A program made the translations under genes and the position numbers. The notes under the pieces were generated by a model that saw nothing but the letters and a program-made list of their open reading frames with translations, was not told the origin of the DNA and ran no database searches. Positions 53,484 to 62,610 of a stretch of 64,000 bases of DNA are shown piece after piece; positions within the stretch are counted from its first letter, which is position 1, and each line of letters opens with the position of its first letter. This DNA is from Armatimonadetes bacterium UBA1398 (GTDB lineage: Bacteria > Armatimonadota > Zipacnadia > UBA1398), in contig DBQI01000025.1 of NCBI GenBank assembly GCA_002305165.1, positions 79,590 to 143,589 of the forward strand, given 5' to 3'.

Positions 53484-54692
53484 CTACCTCATCGCTTCGC
53501 GCATGGTGGCGCGGAGGGCCTCGATGGTGCGGTCCATTTCGGCAGGCCCGAGGGTGGGGTGGACCAGGAGCATCATGCTCGTCTCGCCCAGCTCCCTTGC
53601 GACGGGCAGCCGCTCCGTCGGGCCGAAACCGTCGAAGGCCTTTTCCAGGTAGATCTCGGGGCAGGAGCCGGTGAAGCAGGGCACCCCGCACCGGTTCACT
53701 TCGGCGATGATGCGGTCGCGGGACCAGTCGCTTCGCAGAGCGTCGGGCACGATGTCGAGATAGTACTTATAGTAGCTGTGATGGATGTGCGCCGGCGGGA
53801 TGGAGACGCGAAGCCCGGGGAGGGCGCCCAGGCCTTCATGGAGCATGGCGGCGTTGGCCCGCCGCTTGGCGACCCACTCGGGCAGATGCTGGAGCATGAG
53901 GCGTCCGATGGCGGCCTGCATCTCGGTGAGCCGGTAGTTGGTGCCGGGAGTCTCGCGCACCCAGCGGAAGGCGGAGGACCAGTTCGTGTCGCCGCCCGTC
54001 TCCGTGGCACGCTTGCCGTGGTCCTTGTAGGCCCACATGGACTCCCAGAGGTCACGCCGGGCCGTGGTGACCATGCCGCCCTCGCCGCCGGTGGTCAGGA
54101 TCTTGTCCTGGCAGAAGGAGAAGCTGCCGATGACTCCCATGCTGCCGACGGGCCGGCCCCGGTAGAGGGCGCCGTGGGCTTGGGCGCAGTCCTCGATGAC
54201 CGCAAGGCCTCGGTCTTCGGCGAGGGCGAGGATGCCGTCCATCTCGCAGGGCCAGCCAGCGAGGTGCACGAGGACAATCGCCTTGGTCCGATCGCTGAGC
54301 ACCGGCGCGATTGTCTCGGCAGTCAGGTTCTGGCTATCGCGGTCGACGTCGGCGAAGACGGGCGTGGCGCCTCGAAGGAGCACGCAGCTCGCTGAAGCGA
54401 TGAAGCTCCGTGGGGTGACGACGACCTCATCCTCGGCCCCGATGTGCAGGGCATGGAGGGCCATGTCGAGGGTGACGGTCCCGTTCGCCGCGGCAATAGC
54501 GTAATCGACGCCGACGTGAGCGGCGTACTCGGCCTCGAACTGCCGCCCCTCGTTGCCGGTCCAGTAGTTGATCCTGCCCGACCGCAGGACGGTGGAAACG
54601 GCGTCCACCATCTCCTCATCGAGCACCGGCCACGAGGGGAAGGGCTCGACGGCTGGCCTGTCGTCGATCGATTCATGCGTCCGCGAGCTCAT
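53484..54692 (-). CDS. DegT/DnrJ/EryC1/StrS-family PLP-dependent sugar aminotransferase
   Basis: EAEYAAHVGVDYAIAAANGTVTLDMALHAL, VIEDCAQAHGA, and SFSFCQDKILTTGGEGGMV (PLP lysine). Confidence 0.9.
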   Translation of the reverse strand: MSSRTHESIDDRPAVEPFPSWPVLDEEMVDAVSTVLRSGRINYWTGNEGRQFEAEYAAHVGVDYAIAAANGTVTLDMALHALHIGAEDEVVVTPRSFIASASCVLLRGATPVFADVDRDSQNLTAETIAPVLSDRTKAIVLVHLAGWPCEMDGILALAEDRGLAVIEDCAQAHGALYRGRPVGSMGVIGSFSFCQDKILTTGGEGGMVTTARRDLWESMWAYKDHGKRATETGGDTNWSSAFRWVRETPGTNYRLTEMQAAIGRLMLQHLPEWVAKRRANAAMLHEGLGALPGLRVSIPPAHIHHSYYKYYLDIVPDALRSDWSRDRIIAEVNRCGVPCFTGSCPEIYLEKAFDGFGPTERLPVARELGETSMMLLVHPTLGPAEMDRTIEALRATMREAMR

Positions 54693-54818
54693 CGCACACC
54701 CCGTTCACACTCTGTTGGTTCGCCCACCGAGGCTCGCCGCCCTGCCCGATTCAGAGGCGCGGCAGGCCCTCGAAGCGCTCTGCCGGGGATTGCTCGACCG
54801 GCACTCCTAGCCTGACGC

Positions 54819-56075
54819 CTAACTCCAGATGCCCCGGGTGTCGACAACGACCTTGCCTGCGTAGGCGCTGGGAGCCACCTCGCGGAACTGCCGGTGGTCC
54901 ACCAGCAGCACCAGGATGTCCGCTTCCGCAAGAGCCGCCTCCAGCGTAGCGGCCACTACCCCCAAAGCCGTCAGCTTCGACGGCAGGGACGACACGTACG
55001 GCTCCACCGCCAGGATCCGGCCTACGCCCTCCTCGACAAGCCGCGCCGTGATCGCCACTGCAGGCGACTCCCGTAGGTCGTCCACATCCGCCTTGAACGC
55101 CAGCCCCAGGCATGCGATGACCGGATCTTCCAGCCGCGCCGCCTCCCTCTTCACCCGCTCCACCACCACCCCGGGCTTGCCGTCATTCACCTCCCGCGCT
55201 TGACGCATGAGCTTCGTCTGCTCCGGCGCCGACGATACGATGAACCACGGATCGATGGCGATGCAGTGGCCGCCCACCCCAGGGCCCGGCTTCAGGATGT
55301 TCACTCGAGGGTGCCGGTTCGCGAAGCTGATGAGCTGCCACACATCGATGTCGAACCGCTCGCACACCAAGGACAGCTCGTTCGCGAAGGCGATATTCAC
55401 ATCACGGTAGGCGTTCTCGCAGAGCTTGCAGAGCTCCGCCGTGCGGCAGTCGGTCGCGAGGATGGCGCCCTGGCAGAACCGCTGGTAGAGGGCGACGGCG
55501 GCCTCGGTGGAGGCCTCGTCGACGCCGCCGACGACCCGGTCGTTCCCCACGAGCTCCTTCATGATCTGCCCAGGCAGGACGCGCTCGGGACAGTGGGCGA
55601 CGAAGATCCGGTCCTCGCCGACGGACTCGGGATCCGCTCCACGGGTAGGCACGGCGAGGTCGGGCCGCTCCTCGGCGATCCACCGGCAAACCGCCTCGGT
55701 GGCGCCTACGGGGATGGTGGACTCGACGACCACCAGGTTGCCCGGACGGAGGACGGGGGCGATGGCACGCGCGGCGGACTCGACGTAGCTGAGGTCGGGC
55801 CGATGGTCGGGGGTCATGGGCGTCGGGACGGCGAGGACGAAGGCGTCGGCGGGCTGGGGCTCGGTGAAGGCGAGGAGGTTCCCCTGCGCGACCGCGTCAC
55901 GGACCGCGACATCGAGATCGGGCTCGTGGATGTGGATCCGGCCCTCGTTGATGGTCCGGACCGCGTCGGCGTTCGTGTCGACACCGAGCACCTTCATCCC
56001 GTTGGCGGCCAGGACGCTCGCCGTCGGCAGACCGATATAACCTAAACCTACCACGCACACGCTATCGAATGACAT
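54819..56075 (-). CDS. wecC: UDP-N-acetyl-D-mannosamine dehydrogenase-like nucleotide-sugar dehydrogenase
   Basis: MSFDSVCVVGLGYIGLPTASVLAANGMKVLGVDTNADAVRTINEGRIHIHEPDL is near-collinear with E. coli WecC (MSFATISVIGLGYIGLPTAAAFASRQKQVIGVDINQHAVDTINRGEIHIVEPDL). GPGVGGHCI catalytic Cys motif. Confidence 0.85.
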   Translation of the reverse strand: MSFDSVCVVGLGYIGLPTASVLAANGMKVLGVDTNADAVRTINEGRIHIHEPDLDVAVRDAVAQGNLLAFTEPQPADAFVLAVPTPMTPDHRPDLSYVESAARAIAPVLRPGNLVVVESTIPVGATEAVCRWIAEERPDLAVPTRGADPESVGEDRIFVAHCPERVLPGQIMKELVGNDRVVGGVDEASTEAAVALYQRFCQGAILATDCRTAELCKLCENAYRDVNIAFANELSLVCERFDIDVWQLISFANRHPRVNILKPGPGVGGHCIAIDPWFIVSSAPEQTKLMRQAREVNDGKPGVVVERVKREAARLEDPVIACLGLAFKADVDDLRESPAVAITARLVEEGVGRILAVEPYVSSLPSKLTALGVVAATLEAALAEADILVLLVDHRQFREVAPSAYAGKVVVDTRGIWS

Positions 56076-56256
56076 CAGCTGAGTTGCTCCTTCTCGCTAG
56101 TTCCCAAACTCATTGTAGCGTACGCACCCATCCACGACCTGGAACCCACGGGAGGTGGCACCGGTTCGAGCGGTGGCGCACCGTCAGAAAGGGACCGTCG
56201 GCTGCGCGAGGCCTGTGTCGAATCTATGCGTAGGAAGGTTCCGAAGGAGGTCTGAC

Positions 56257-56764
56257 ACGGCCACCGAGAAGCGGATCGCGGCGAACTGCTGCAACGCGCA
56301 GCGGTCCATGGGCCCAAGGACACCGGCGGGGAAGGCTAGGTCGAGTCGCAACGCGCTCAAACACGGGATCCTCAGTCGGGATCTCATCGAGAAGGGCGAG
56401 TCGGCCGAGGAACTGGCCCACGGGCGAACTCGAGCGCTGGTTCCTGGACCGCATCGCCGGCTCGCTGTGGCAGCTGCGCCGAGTATACGTCATCGAGGCG
56501 GGCCTTTACGAGAACCAGACGCTGAGTTTCGGAGACGGCCGCCCGAAGATCGAGGCTTGCCGGCCGGAGACCCAGGGGATTCCGGCGAGACCCTTCGGCA
56601 ATGAGTGCGGCAACGGCGTAGCGGTGAACCAGTTCCATATGTACGAGAGCGCGGTGGAACGGAGTCTCTACCGGGCGCTGCACGAACTGCAGCGGCTGCA
56701 GGCGGCTCGGGGCGTACGACGGAGCGCGCCGCCGGCGGTGGATGTGACGCTGGAGGTGCGGTGA
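56257..56764 (+). pseudogene. Frameshifted, start-less copy of a small conserved hypothetical gene (RIAAN..NAQ.S.GPRT..GKA.SS.NA.KHG family)
   Basis: The N-terminal homology (TEKRIAANCCNAQRSMGPRTPAGKARSSRNALKHGILS) is in one frame. The C-terminal homology (RWFLDRIAGSLWQLRRVYVIEAGLYEN...MYESAVERSLYRALHELQRLQAAR, stop 56762-56764) is in the +1 frame. GAAGGAGG lies 6 nt before an ACG (56257) where an ATG would be expected. Family recognition is from memory only. Confidence 0.4.
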
Positions 56765-57215
56765 GTGGAGAGTGGAGGGTGGTGAGTGAGCACTGACGAG
56801 TGAGCAGACAGGAGCGAGGATGGGGCCGGGCCGTTTCAGTGCCCCCCTCCCTGGCCTTCGGCCGTCCCTCCCCCGCGGCGATGCACGCAGGAGAGGGGCA
56901 GAGCTTAGCAGGACCGTGTCGGTGGAACAGGCCGACTAACGAGAACCTGCGGGCCGGATAGCGACCCACCGGCCGTCGGGCTTCGCTGCGCTGCGCCCTG
57001 GCATGACGCCCTGACAAGCTGCACGCGAGGGAGGGGGCAGGAGAGCGCGGGGTATGCCAGGGCGTTGGGCTCGACAAGGCCGTGGCAAGCTGCACGCGAA
57101 CGAGCATGGGGTTCACGAGCAAGACCGCGCCGCTGGATACACCCCGGCCTCGGGCCCAGCGGCTGCGAAGGTAGCCCCCGTGGCATGGCTTCAGATGTGC
57201 GCGGCGACGCGGCTG

Positions 57216-57896
57216 TCACTGCCACTCGATATGGGCCTCCAGGATGCCTCGCAGCGCAGCGAGGGAGGGGCTTTCATGGTCGACGTCGTCTCCGCTGTGC
57301 ACAGATTCATGCAGCGAGCCCTCACGACGCACCCGGACGGTTAGCCAGCCGAGTGCCTTGGGGCCGGCGAAGTCTTTCCCCGGGTTGTCGGCGACGTACA
57401 GACACTGCGATCCAGAAGCGGCCAGCGCATCCTGGACGAGGACGAAGGCCGCTGGACTGGGCTTGCTGTTGCCGGGCCCGAGTTCGGCTGTGCAGACTAT
57501 AGGGTCCAGGAGCCCGACAAGGCCAAGGGCGTGCGCTTTGCGCTGCTGACTCGCTGCTGGCCCATCCGTTATCGCCGCGAGGGGCAGGTGGGGCCGCAAC
57601 CATGCAAGGGTGTCGGCTGCATCCGGCAGCAAGGTAATGTGAGGTGTGTGCTCGCGGTAATAGTCAACCATGGCAGGCACCTGGGCCTGCAGATCGCCCC
57701 GCCCGAGAGCCGCAAGCGTCAGATCGAAGACGTTTCCCCGCCTCCCGGAGAGGAACAGAGCCCAGGCCGCGTCGGCGAAGCCGTCCACCCCCCACTCAGA
57801 TTCCATCCAGGCTCCAACAGCCTTGAAGCCGCTGTGTACGTAGTCACGCTCCAGGTACAGCGTGTCATCTATATCGAAGACCGCGCATTGGATCAC
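57216..57896 (-). CDS. HAD-superfamily hydrolase
   Basis: Motif I AVFDIDDTLY. Later ITDGPAASQ and VADNPGKDF motifs. GTGA overlap with the upstream ATP-grasp stop. Confidence 0.8.
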   Translation of the reverse strand: MIQCAVFDIDDTLYLERDYVHSGFKAVGAWMESEWGVDGFADAAWALFLSGRRGNVFDLTLAALGRGDLQAQVPAMVDYYREHTPHITLLPDAADTLAWLRPHLPLAAITDGPAASQQRKAHALGLVGLLDPIVCTAELGPGNSKPSPAAFVLVQDALAASGSQCLYVADNPGKDFAGPKALGWLTVRVRREGSLHESVHSGDDVDHESPSLAALRGILEAHIEWQ

Positions 57897-58918
57897 TCGG
57901 AGAGGCCCGCCTCCGCACCATCAACGAACACGGCCTCGTCGTACCGAAGCATCACTAGGCCGGGTCGCCAGCGGTCCCAGAACCGCGGAATGGGCCGGCC
58001 CAACGCCTCATCGATGAGCCACGCCGGGAAGTCGGCTCCCGCCGCACGACTTAGCGGGTATCCGCCGCCGAACCGCGGGTTGATCTCGATGACTCTCATC
58101 TCGTCGGTGGCATCGTCTACGAAGACCTGCACGTTCAGCGGGCCGCGCGGATCGGGCAGTAACGATGCGATGCTTCTGACTAGCTGCTGGAGCGCATCAT
58201 GGCGCACTGTGACTGCCTTGCTAACCTCGCCGGAGCGAACCTCCAACCTACGGCGGGGTACGGTGCAGACACAATCCCCGGCACGGCTCACGAAGGCGTC
58301 TACCGTAAACTCCGCGCCGCGTGCGATCGACTGCACTAGGTACCCGGACTCCCCAGCGTCGCCTGCTCGTCCTTGGGGTCGGGCCTGCTCGGGGATCCCG
58401 TGGAGGTCGGATGGACAACCAGCGAGACGAACACCCAGTGAGCCACTTCCGCGCCTGGGCTTCACGATGACCGGGTAGTCGAGTCCGTCCGCAGAGGCCT
58501 GAGCCTCCGCGAGTGTCCACTGCGCCACGGTCGGGAAGCCGTGGGCGACCAGCCAGTCGTGGGTGGTCTGTTTGTCGGCCCCAATGCTCACCGTCGCTGT
58601 GCTGCTGCAGCAGATCCTAGTGCCAGCAGCTTCGAACATGGGGTGATGGGCAGCATAGACGGGCAGTTCGGGGTCGATGGTGGGGACCAGCAGGTCTACG
58701 GCGGTGCGGCGGCAGATCTCCATGACGGCGTCCACGAACTCGTCTGAACTGCACGGAGGAACGATGTAGCGTTCGTCGGCAGCATGCCATGCAGGGGCCA
58801 GCGGGGAGGCGTCCAAGCCGACTAGGTGGGGCTCAGCGATGCCCGCCTTCGCCATGGCGTCAGTAAAGGCGTGGGCCAGGGCAACGCGACGCCCGGCCGA
58901 CGAGAGTGCTACACACAT
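57893..58918 (-). CDS. ATP-grasp domain enzyme (carboxylate-amine ligase-like)
   Basis: YPVIVKPRRGSGSLGV, TVDAFV, and LNVQVFVDDATDEMRVIEINPRFGGGYPLS (ATP-grasp Mg/ATP site). ATG at 58916-58918 (MCVALSSAGRRV). The ORF track TTG start is 58939. Confidence 0.8.
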   Translation of the reverse strand: MCVALSSAGRRVALAHAFTDAMAKAGIAEPHLVGLDASPLAPAWHAADERYIVPPCSSDEFVDAVMEICRRTAVDLLVPTIDPELPVYAAHHPMFEAAGTRICCSSTATVSIGADKQTTHDWLVAHGFPTVAQWTLAEAQASADGLDYPVIVKPRRGSGSLGVRLAGCPSDLHGIPEQARPQGRAGDAGESGYLVQSIARGAEFTVDAFVSRAGDCVCTVPRRRLEVRSGEVSKAVTVRHDALQQLVRSIASLLPDPRGPLNVQVFVDDATDEMRVIEINPRFGGGYPLSRAAGADFPAWLIDEALGRPIPRFWDRWRPGLVMLRYDEAVFVDGAEAGLSE

Positions 58919-58998
58919 CCGCTTCGGGGGAGAATGCAAGGTCTTCCACTACCTTCCTGACGGGGCGCGTAGGGGGCGCACAAGCTGACGACCCCAGA

Positions 58999-59204
58999 TC
59001 AGCGGTGGCCGAGGAACTCCGGCATTGTCGCCTCGCCGTCCGCGCTGATCCCCTCTCGCCGGGCTACTCTCCAGAGGGTCAGTAGTATGATCCAGATGTC
59101 CAGGCCGAGCGACCAGTGGTCCACATACCAGACGTCCAGCCTGAACCGTTCATCCCAACACACCGCGTTGCGACCATTCACCTGGGCCCAGCCGATTAGG
59201 CGGG
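58999..59204 (-). pseudogene. Relic 3' fragment (last ~65 codons) of a second polyprenyl-phosphate sugar transferase
   Basis: LIGWAQVNGRNAVCWDERFRLDVWYVDHWSLGLDIWIILLTLWRVARREGISADGEATMPEFLGHR aligns with the C-terminus of the intact transferase at 60852..61469 (LSAVNGRNAQSWSDKLAWDIAYVERQSLWLDLSILGRTVLTVISRRGASDVAPMPEFLG). No N-terminal TM or catalytic part is present. It begins right at the PIG-L gene stop. Confidence 0.6.
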
Positions 59205-59207
59205 GGC

Positions 59208-59876
59208 TCAGGCGACGACCTGCCTCAGTAGCATGAAGGCTTCAGCCGCGCGGAGCCCCACGGTAGCACCGCGGAGTCGAGCCAAGGCTTCGAGGGCCTC
59301 AACGGAGCGTTCATGCGGGAATGGCTGTACCTGCATCTCGAACGCACGGAAGGCCTCGAGCTTGGTACTCAGATGGTCGGTGATGTCCACGAAGACGTTG
59401 GGCTGGAACGCCGGCGTGATACCAGGCGCGTTCCAGTTGGTCTCGGAAAGGGTCTCGTAGGCGTAGACCACAGAGGGCGTGGACGCGCGGCAAGGGCGGA
59501 CAGCAACCATGGCCGATAGCGCAGCGAGCTGATGGTCCAGGTGGATGTCGCCCGCGAAGGGCAGGTACACCTGCTGAGGCCGAAGCTCGAGCATGAGCGC
59601 TCCGAGGGCGGAGTTCACTTCTGCGTGGGCAACCGTGTCGAGTCGCGCCGCAGGGAAGTCGAGGAACCGTGTCTCGGATACGCCGAGGATCTGGTGCGCA
59701 CGGAGATTGTGATCGCGATTCCTGAGCGTCCCTTCCTCCGCAAAGTCGGGGGGGTACCCACGAGTCAGCACCGCCACGATGACGGAACGCCCCTCACGAG
59801 CCAGACGAGCGATGGTCCCTCCGACGCCCAGAACCTCATCGTCGGGGTGTGGGGCGAGGACAAGAACGGGGCTCAT
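59208..59876 (-). CDS. PIG-L/LmbE-family N-acetyl-sugar deacetylase
   Basis: VLVLAPHPDDEVLGVGGTIARLAREGRSVIVAVLT signature (AHPDDE), plus a later HxDH motif (IHLDHQ). Confidence 0.85.
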   Translation of the reverse strand: MSPVLVLAPHPDDEVLGVGGTIARLAREGRSVIVAVLTRGYPPDFAEEGTLRNRDHNLRAHQILGVSETRFLDFPAARLDTVAHAEVNSALGALMLELRPQQVYLPFAGDIHLDHQLAALSAMVAVRPCRASTPSVVYAYETLSETNWNAPGITPAFQPNVFVDITDHLSTKLEAFRAFEMQVQPFPHERSVEALEALARLRGATVGLRAAEAFMLLRQVVA

Positions 59877-60859
59877 CGATGATCAGCCCCCTGTCTCGTC
59901 GACGTGCCGGGGCAGTCGGGAGGATCAACGGGTCCCGTCGGTCTCGCGAACCCCCCTGACTGAGGGAGCTCGCGTGCTGGCACGCCAGCAACCGTGGCGC
60001 CGTCCGGAACATCGTGCCTCACAAGGGCGCACATCCCCACGGTGGCGTTGCGCCCCACCCGAACGCGATGCATGACTGCGGCGTGCGACGCGATCCAGGT
60101 GCGTCGTCCCACGAAGCAGCTCCCCGAGAGGGCAACATGGGTAAGAATGACGGCGTGGGGCTCGATGTGGCAGTTGTGGGCGATCTGGGCGAGGTTGCCG
60201 ACTTTGGCTCCCTCTTCGATCACAGTGTCCCCCAGGCAGCCACGGTCGATGCATGCGTTGGCACCGATCTCCACGTCGTCGCCAATGGAAACGCCGCCAA
60301 TGTGGGGCCACTTCTCCCACTCGTCAGCCTCGGTCGGCTGGTAGCCAAAGCCGTCCATACCGATCACCGCGCCGGCCTGGATCGAGACACGGGTGCCGAT
60401 CCTTACGCGGTCGCCGATATGGTTATGCCCGTGAAGGATCGACTCGGCCCCCACTACTGAGTTCCCAACGAAGCAGAATGGGCCGATGTGAGCTGTGGGA
60501 TGGATACTGGCGGATCTGCTCACGCATGCCGTGGGATGAACACCCGGCTCAGGCGGCGGTGGGGCGAACCACTGCCGGAAGGCGCGGACGAAGGCCAGGC
60601 GCGGATCGCGGACAGCGATGAAGGTGGTTGCGTCACACGCTGATGGAACACTGACCTCGGAGCTGCAGATCACCGCGCCCGCGAGAGTGGACCGTAGCAT
60701 AGCGGCGGCTTCCTCTCCGCGCCGATCGCAGAAAGTGAGCACATGACTACCAGCCGCCTCCGTGATGGGGCCAACGGCTGACAGCTCACGCGATGGGTCA
60801 CCAGTAACGGCACCGGCATTGAGCCCTAGAAACCGCGCAATCTCGGATACTCTAACCAT
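59873..60859 (-). CDS. LpxD-like left-handed beta-helix N-acyltransferase
   Basis: LpxD-type N-terminal domain (MVRVSEIARFLGLNAGAVTGD...VLTFCDRRGEE). Hexapeptide repeats (IHPTAHIGPFCFVGNSVVGAESILHGHNHIGDRVRIGTRVSIQAGAVIGMDGFGY). ATG at 60859 overlaps the sugar transferase stop by 8 nt. Confidence 0.8.
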   Translation of the reverse strand: MVRVSEIARFLGLNAGAVTGDPSRELSAVGPITEAAGSHVLTFCDRRGEEAAAMLRSTLAGAVICSSEVSVPSACDATTFIAVRDPRLAFVRAFRQWFAPPPPEPGVHPTACVSRSASIHPTAHIGPFCFVGNSVVGAESILHGHNHIGDRVRIGTRVSIQAGAVIGMDGFGYQPTEADEWEKWPHIGGVSIGDDVEIGANACIDRGCLGDTVIEEGAKVGNLAQIAHNCHIEPHAVILTHVALSGSCFVGRRTWIASHAAVMHRVRVGRNATVGMCALVRHDVPDGATVAGVPARELPQSGGFARPTGPVDPPDCPGTSTRQGADHR

Positions 60860-61469
60860 CAGCTTCCTTCTCCGTACCAAGGAACTCAGGCATGGGGGCA
60901 ACGTCACTTGCGCCACGACGTGAGATGACCGTGAGGACCGTTCTGCCGAGGATGCTCAGGTCCAGCCACAGGCTTTGGCGTTCCACGTAGGCGATATCCC
61001 AAGCGAGTTTGTCGCTCCAGGACTGGGCATTCCTACCGTTCACGGCACTGAGAGTGGTGAGTCCGGGCTTTACATCGAGACGCCGGCGCTGTTCTGGGTT
61101 GTAGCGGTTGAGGTACTTGAGCGGGTGCGGTCTGGTGCCAACGAGGGACATCTCACCTTTGAGTACATTCCACAACTGGGGTAGCTCATCCAGACTCGTC
61201 GCCCGCAGGAGACCACCGATCCGCGTCGTGCGTTCGGCGTCAGGAAGCAGATGTCCATCAGCGTCTCGATCGTTCCTCATGGTTCGGAACTTCAGAACCG
61301 TGAATGGTCTGCCGTGCAGACCTAGTCGCTGCTGCCGAAAGAGCACCGGGCGGCCCATGGTGAGCCAGACGACGAGGGCAAGCAGAGCAAGCGTGGGGGC
61401 GAGACCGATAAGCGCAATGGCTGAGAAGAGAACATCGAGGCTGCGCTTGGCGGTGGCGTGAACGCTCAT
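60852..61469 (-). CDS. Small (PglC/WbaP-C-type) undecaprenyl-phosphate sugar phosphotransferase
   Basis: KRSLDVLFSAIALIGLAPTLALLALVVWLTMGRPVLFRQQRLGLHGRPFTVLKFRTM, DELPQLWNVLKGEMSLVGTRP. Confidence 0.9.
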   Translation of the reverse strand: MSVHATAKRSLDVLFSAIALIGLAPTLALLALVVWLTMGRPVLFRQQRLGLHGRPFTVLKFRTMRNDRDADGHLLPDAERTTRIGGLLRATSLDELPQLWNVLKGEMSLVGTRPHPLKYLNRYNPEQRRRLDVKPGLTTLSAVNGRNAQSWSDKLAWDIAYVERQSLWLDLSILGRTVLTVISRRGASDVAPMPEFLGTEKEADG

Positions 61470-62590
61470 CGGATCTCTGAACCCTGGGCAGCGTCTATCT
61501 CATACACGATGGTTGAGTCATCAAGACCCCGTAAGCCCGTGCAGTAGGCTACTAGATGGCGAGCACTGGGGTTGAGGCCTTCGGGAAACTCGACGCGCGG
61601 GAACTGCATGAGACCGTAGAGGCGTGGGGACAGAAGGCACATGGAGGAGATGGCATCGATAGGCAGGCTCGCACAGCGCTGCCACGTAGAGAGGTCCTCC
61701 GACCCCATCCAGATGTGAGCATGCCTGGTGTCGTTCTCGCCTCCCGGCTCCGCGGTGGTGGCGACGAAGAAGCGACTCCCGACTTGGCATACACCGAAGC
61801 AGGAGTTCTCCGCCTCCTGTACACGGTGGAGCCTCCCAGTGGCCTTGTCAATCACGGTGATGGCGTTGGCGGCATACGGCGTATCGGTTGCCGTGACGAG
61901 GGAGTCGGGTGTTGGTAGCAGACGGTAGAATCGGGATTCCTGATCGCCTCGGAGCACCTCGCGGACATCGCCGAAGTCGCTCGAAGCGTGCAACAGCCGA
62001 CATTCGCCGGGACAGTCTCCGGTGGCGATCCAGAAGCAGTCGGACCAACGGTCGTAGGCAATGGCATGAACGTGTTTTATGGCACCTGCTGGGAAGGTGT
62101 AAACCGGGTGCCAGGAGAGACCACTGTCAGCACTCCCGTAGATATGGACCTCGACCCGCTCAGGGTTGTTGAAGTACTCCCCAAAGCAGGCGAAGCCAGA
62201 GGGGGCAGAGGCGAGTGACACGGGCCGTGTGCCGCGCGTGATGTGCCGTACACGCGCGGCAGTCTGGGAGTCCGCTGTGACTCGGTAGATGCCCTTTCTG
62301 TAGACGAGCAGCCTGGTCAGGTCAGGGAGAATCGTCAGTCGGGAGATGGAGGCGCGAGTGAGGCGCCGACCCAACCGAGTAGCACCGGCCAGTCTCAGAC
62401 GTGGCGAGTGAATCTGTAGTGTGCAGTCATGGTGCAGCGTGCGGCCTAGGTCATCGGTGCGGAGGAGACGGGTGCCCCGTGCTAAGTAGAGGAGGCCGCC
62501 ATGGAACAACAGCGCCCGCGCCCCTCGGAGCACGCGCACGGGCTTCAGAGTCAGGGATAGCGGGCCGCCAGTAGCTGCCCTGGGAAGCAT
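61466..62590 (-). CDS. Hypothetical protein, beta-propeller-like with one Asp-box (BNR) motif
   Basis: 374-aa ORF, ATGA-coupled to the sugar transferase. SADSGLSW matches the S-x-D-x-G-x-x-W Asp-box. Otherwise unrecognised. Confidence 0.55.
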   Translation of the reverse strand: MLPRAATGGPLSLTLKPVRVLRGARALLFHGGLLYLARGTRLLRTDDLGRTLHHDCTLQIHSPRLRLAGATRLGRRLTRASISRLTILPDLTRLLVYRKGIYRVTADSQTAARVRHITRGTRPVSLASAPSGFACFGEYFNNPERVEVHIYGSADSGLSWHPVYTFPAGAIKHVHAIAYDRWSDCFWIATGDCPGECRLLHASSDFGDVREVLRGDQESRFYRLLPTPDSLVTATDTPYAANAITVIDKATGRLHRVQEAENSCFGVCQVGSRFFVATTAEPGGENDTRHAHIWMGSEDLSTWQRCASLPIDAISSMCLLSPRLYGLMQFPRVEFPEGLNPSARHLVAYCTGLRGLDDSTIVYEIDAAQGSEIR

Positions 62591-62610
62591 GTTTCCAGGG
62601 CAATGATCGG

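Noticed and set aside
56490-57122. A 210-aa minus-strand ORF covering the long non-coding stretch next to the HAD gene.
   Set aside because: It has a Pro/Arg/Ser-rich, low-complexity translation, no motifs, and overlaps the dead small gene in antisense. It is most likely non-coding.
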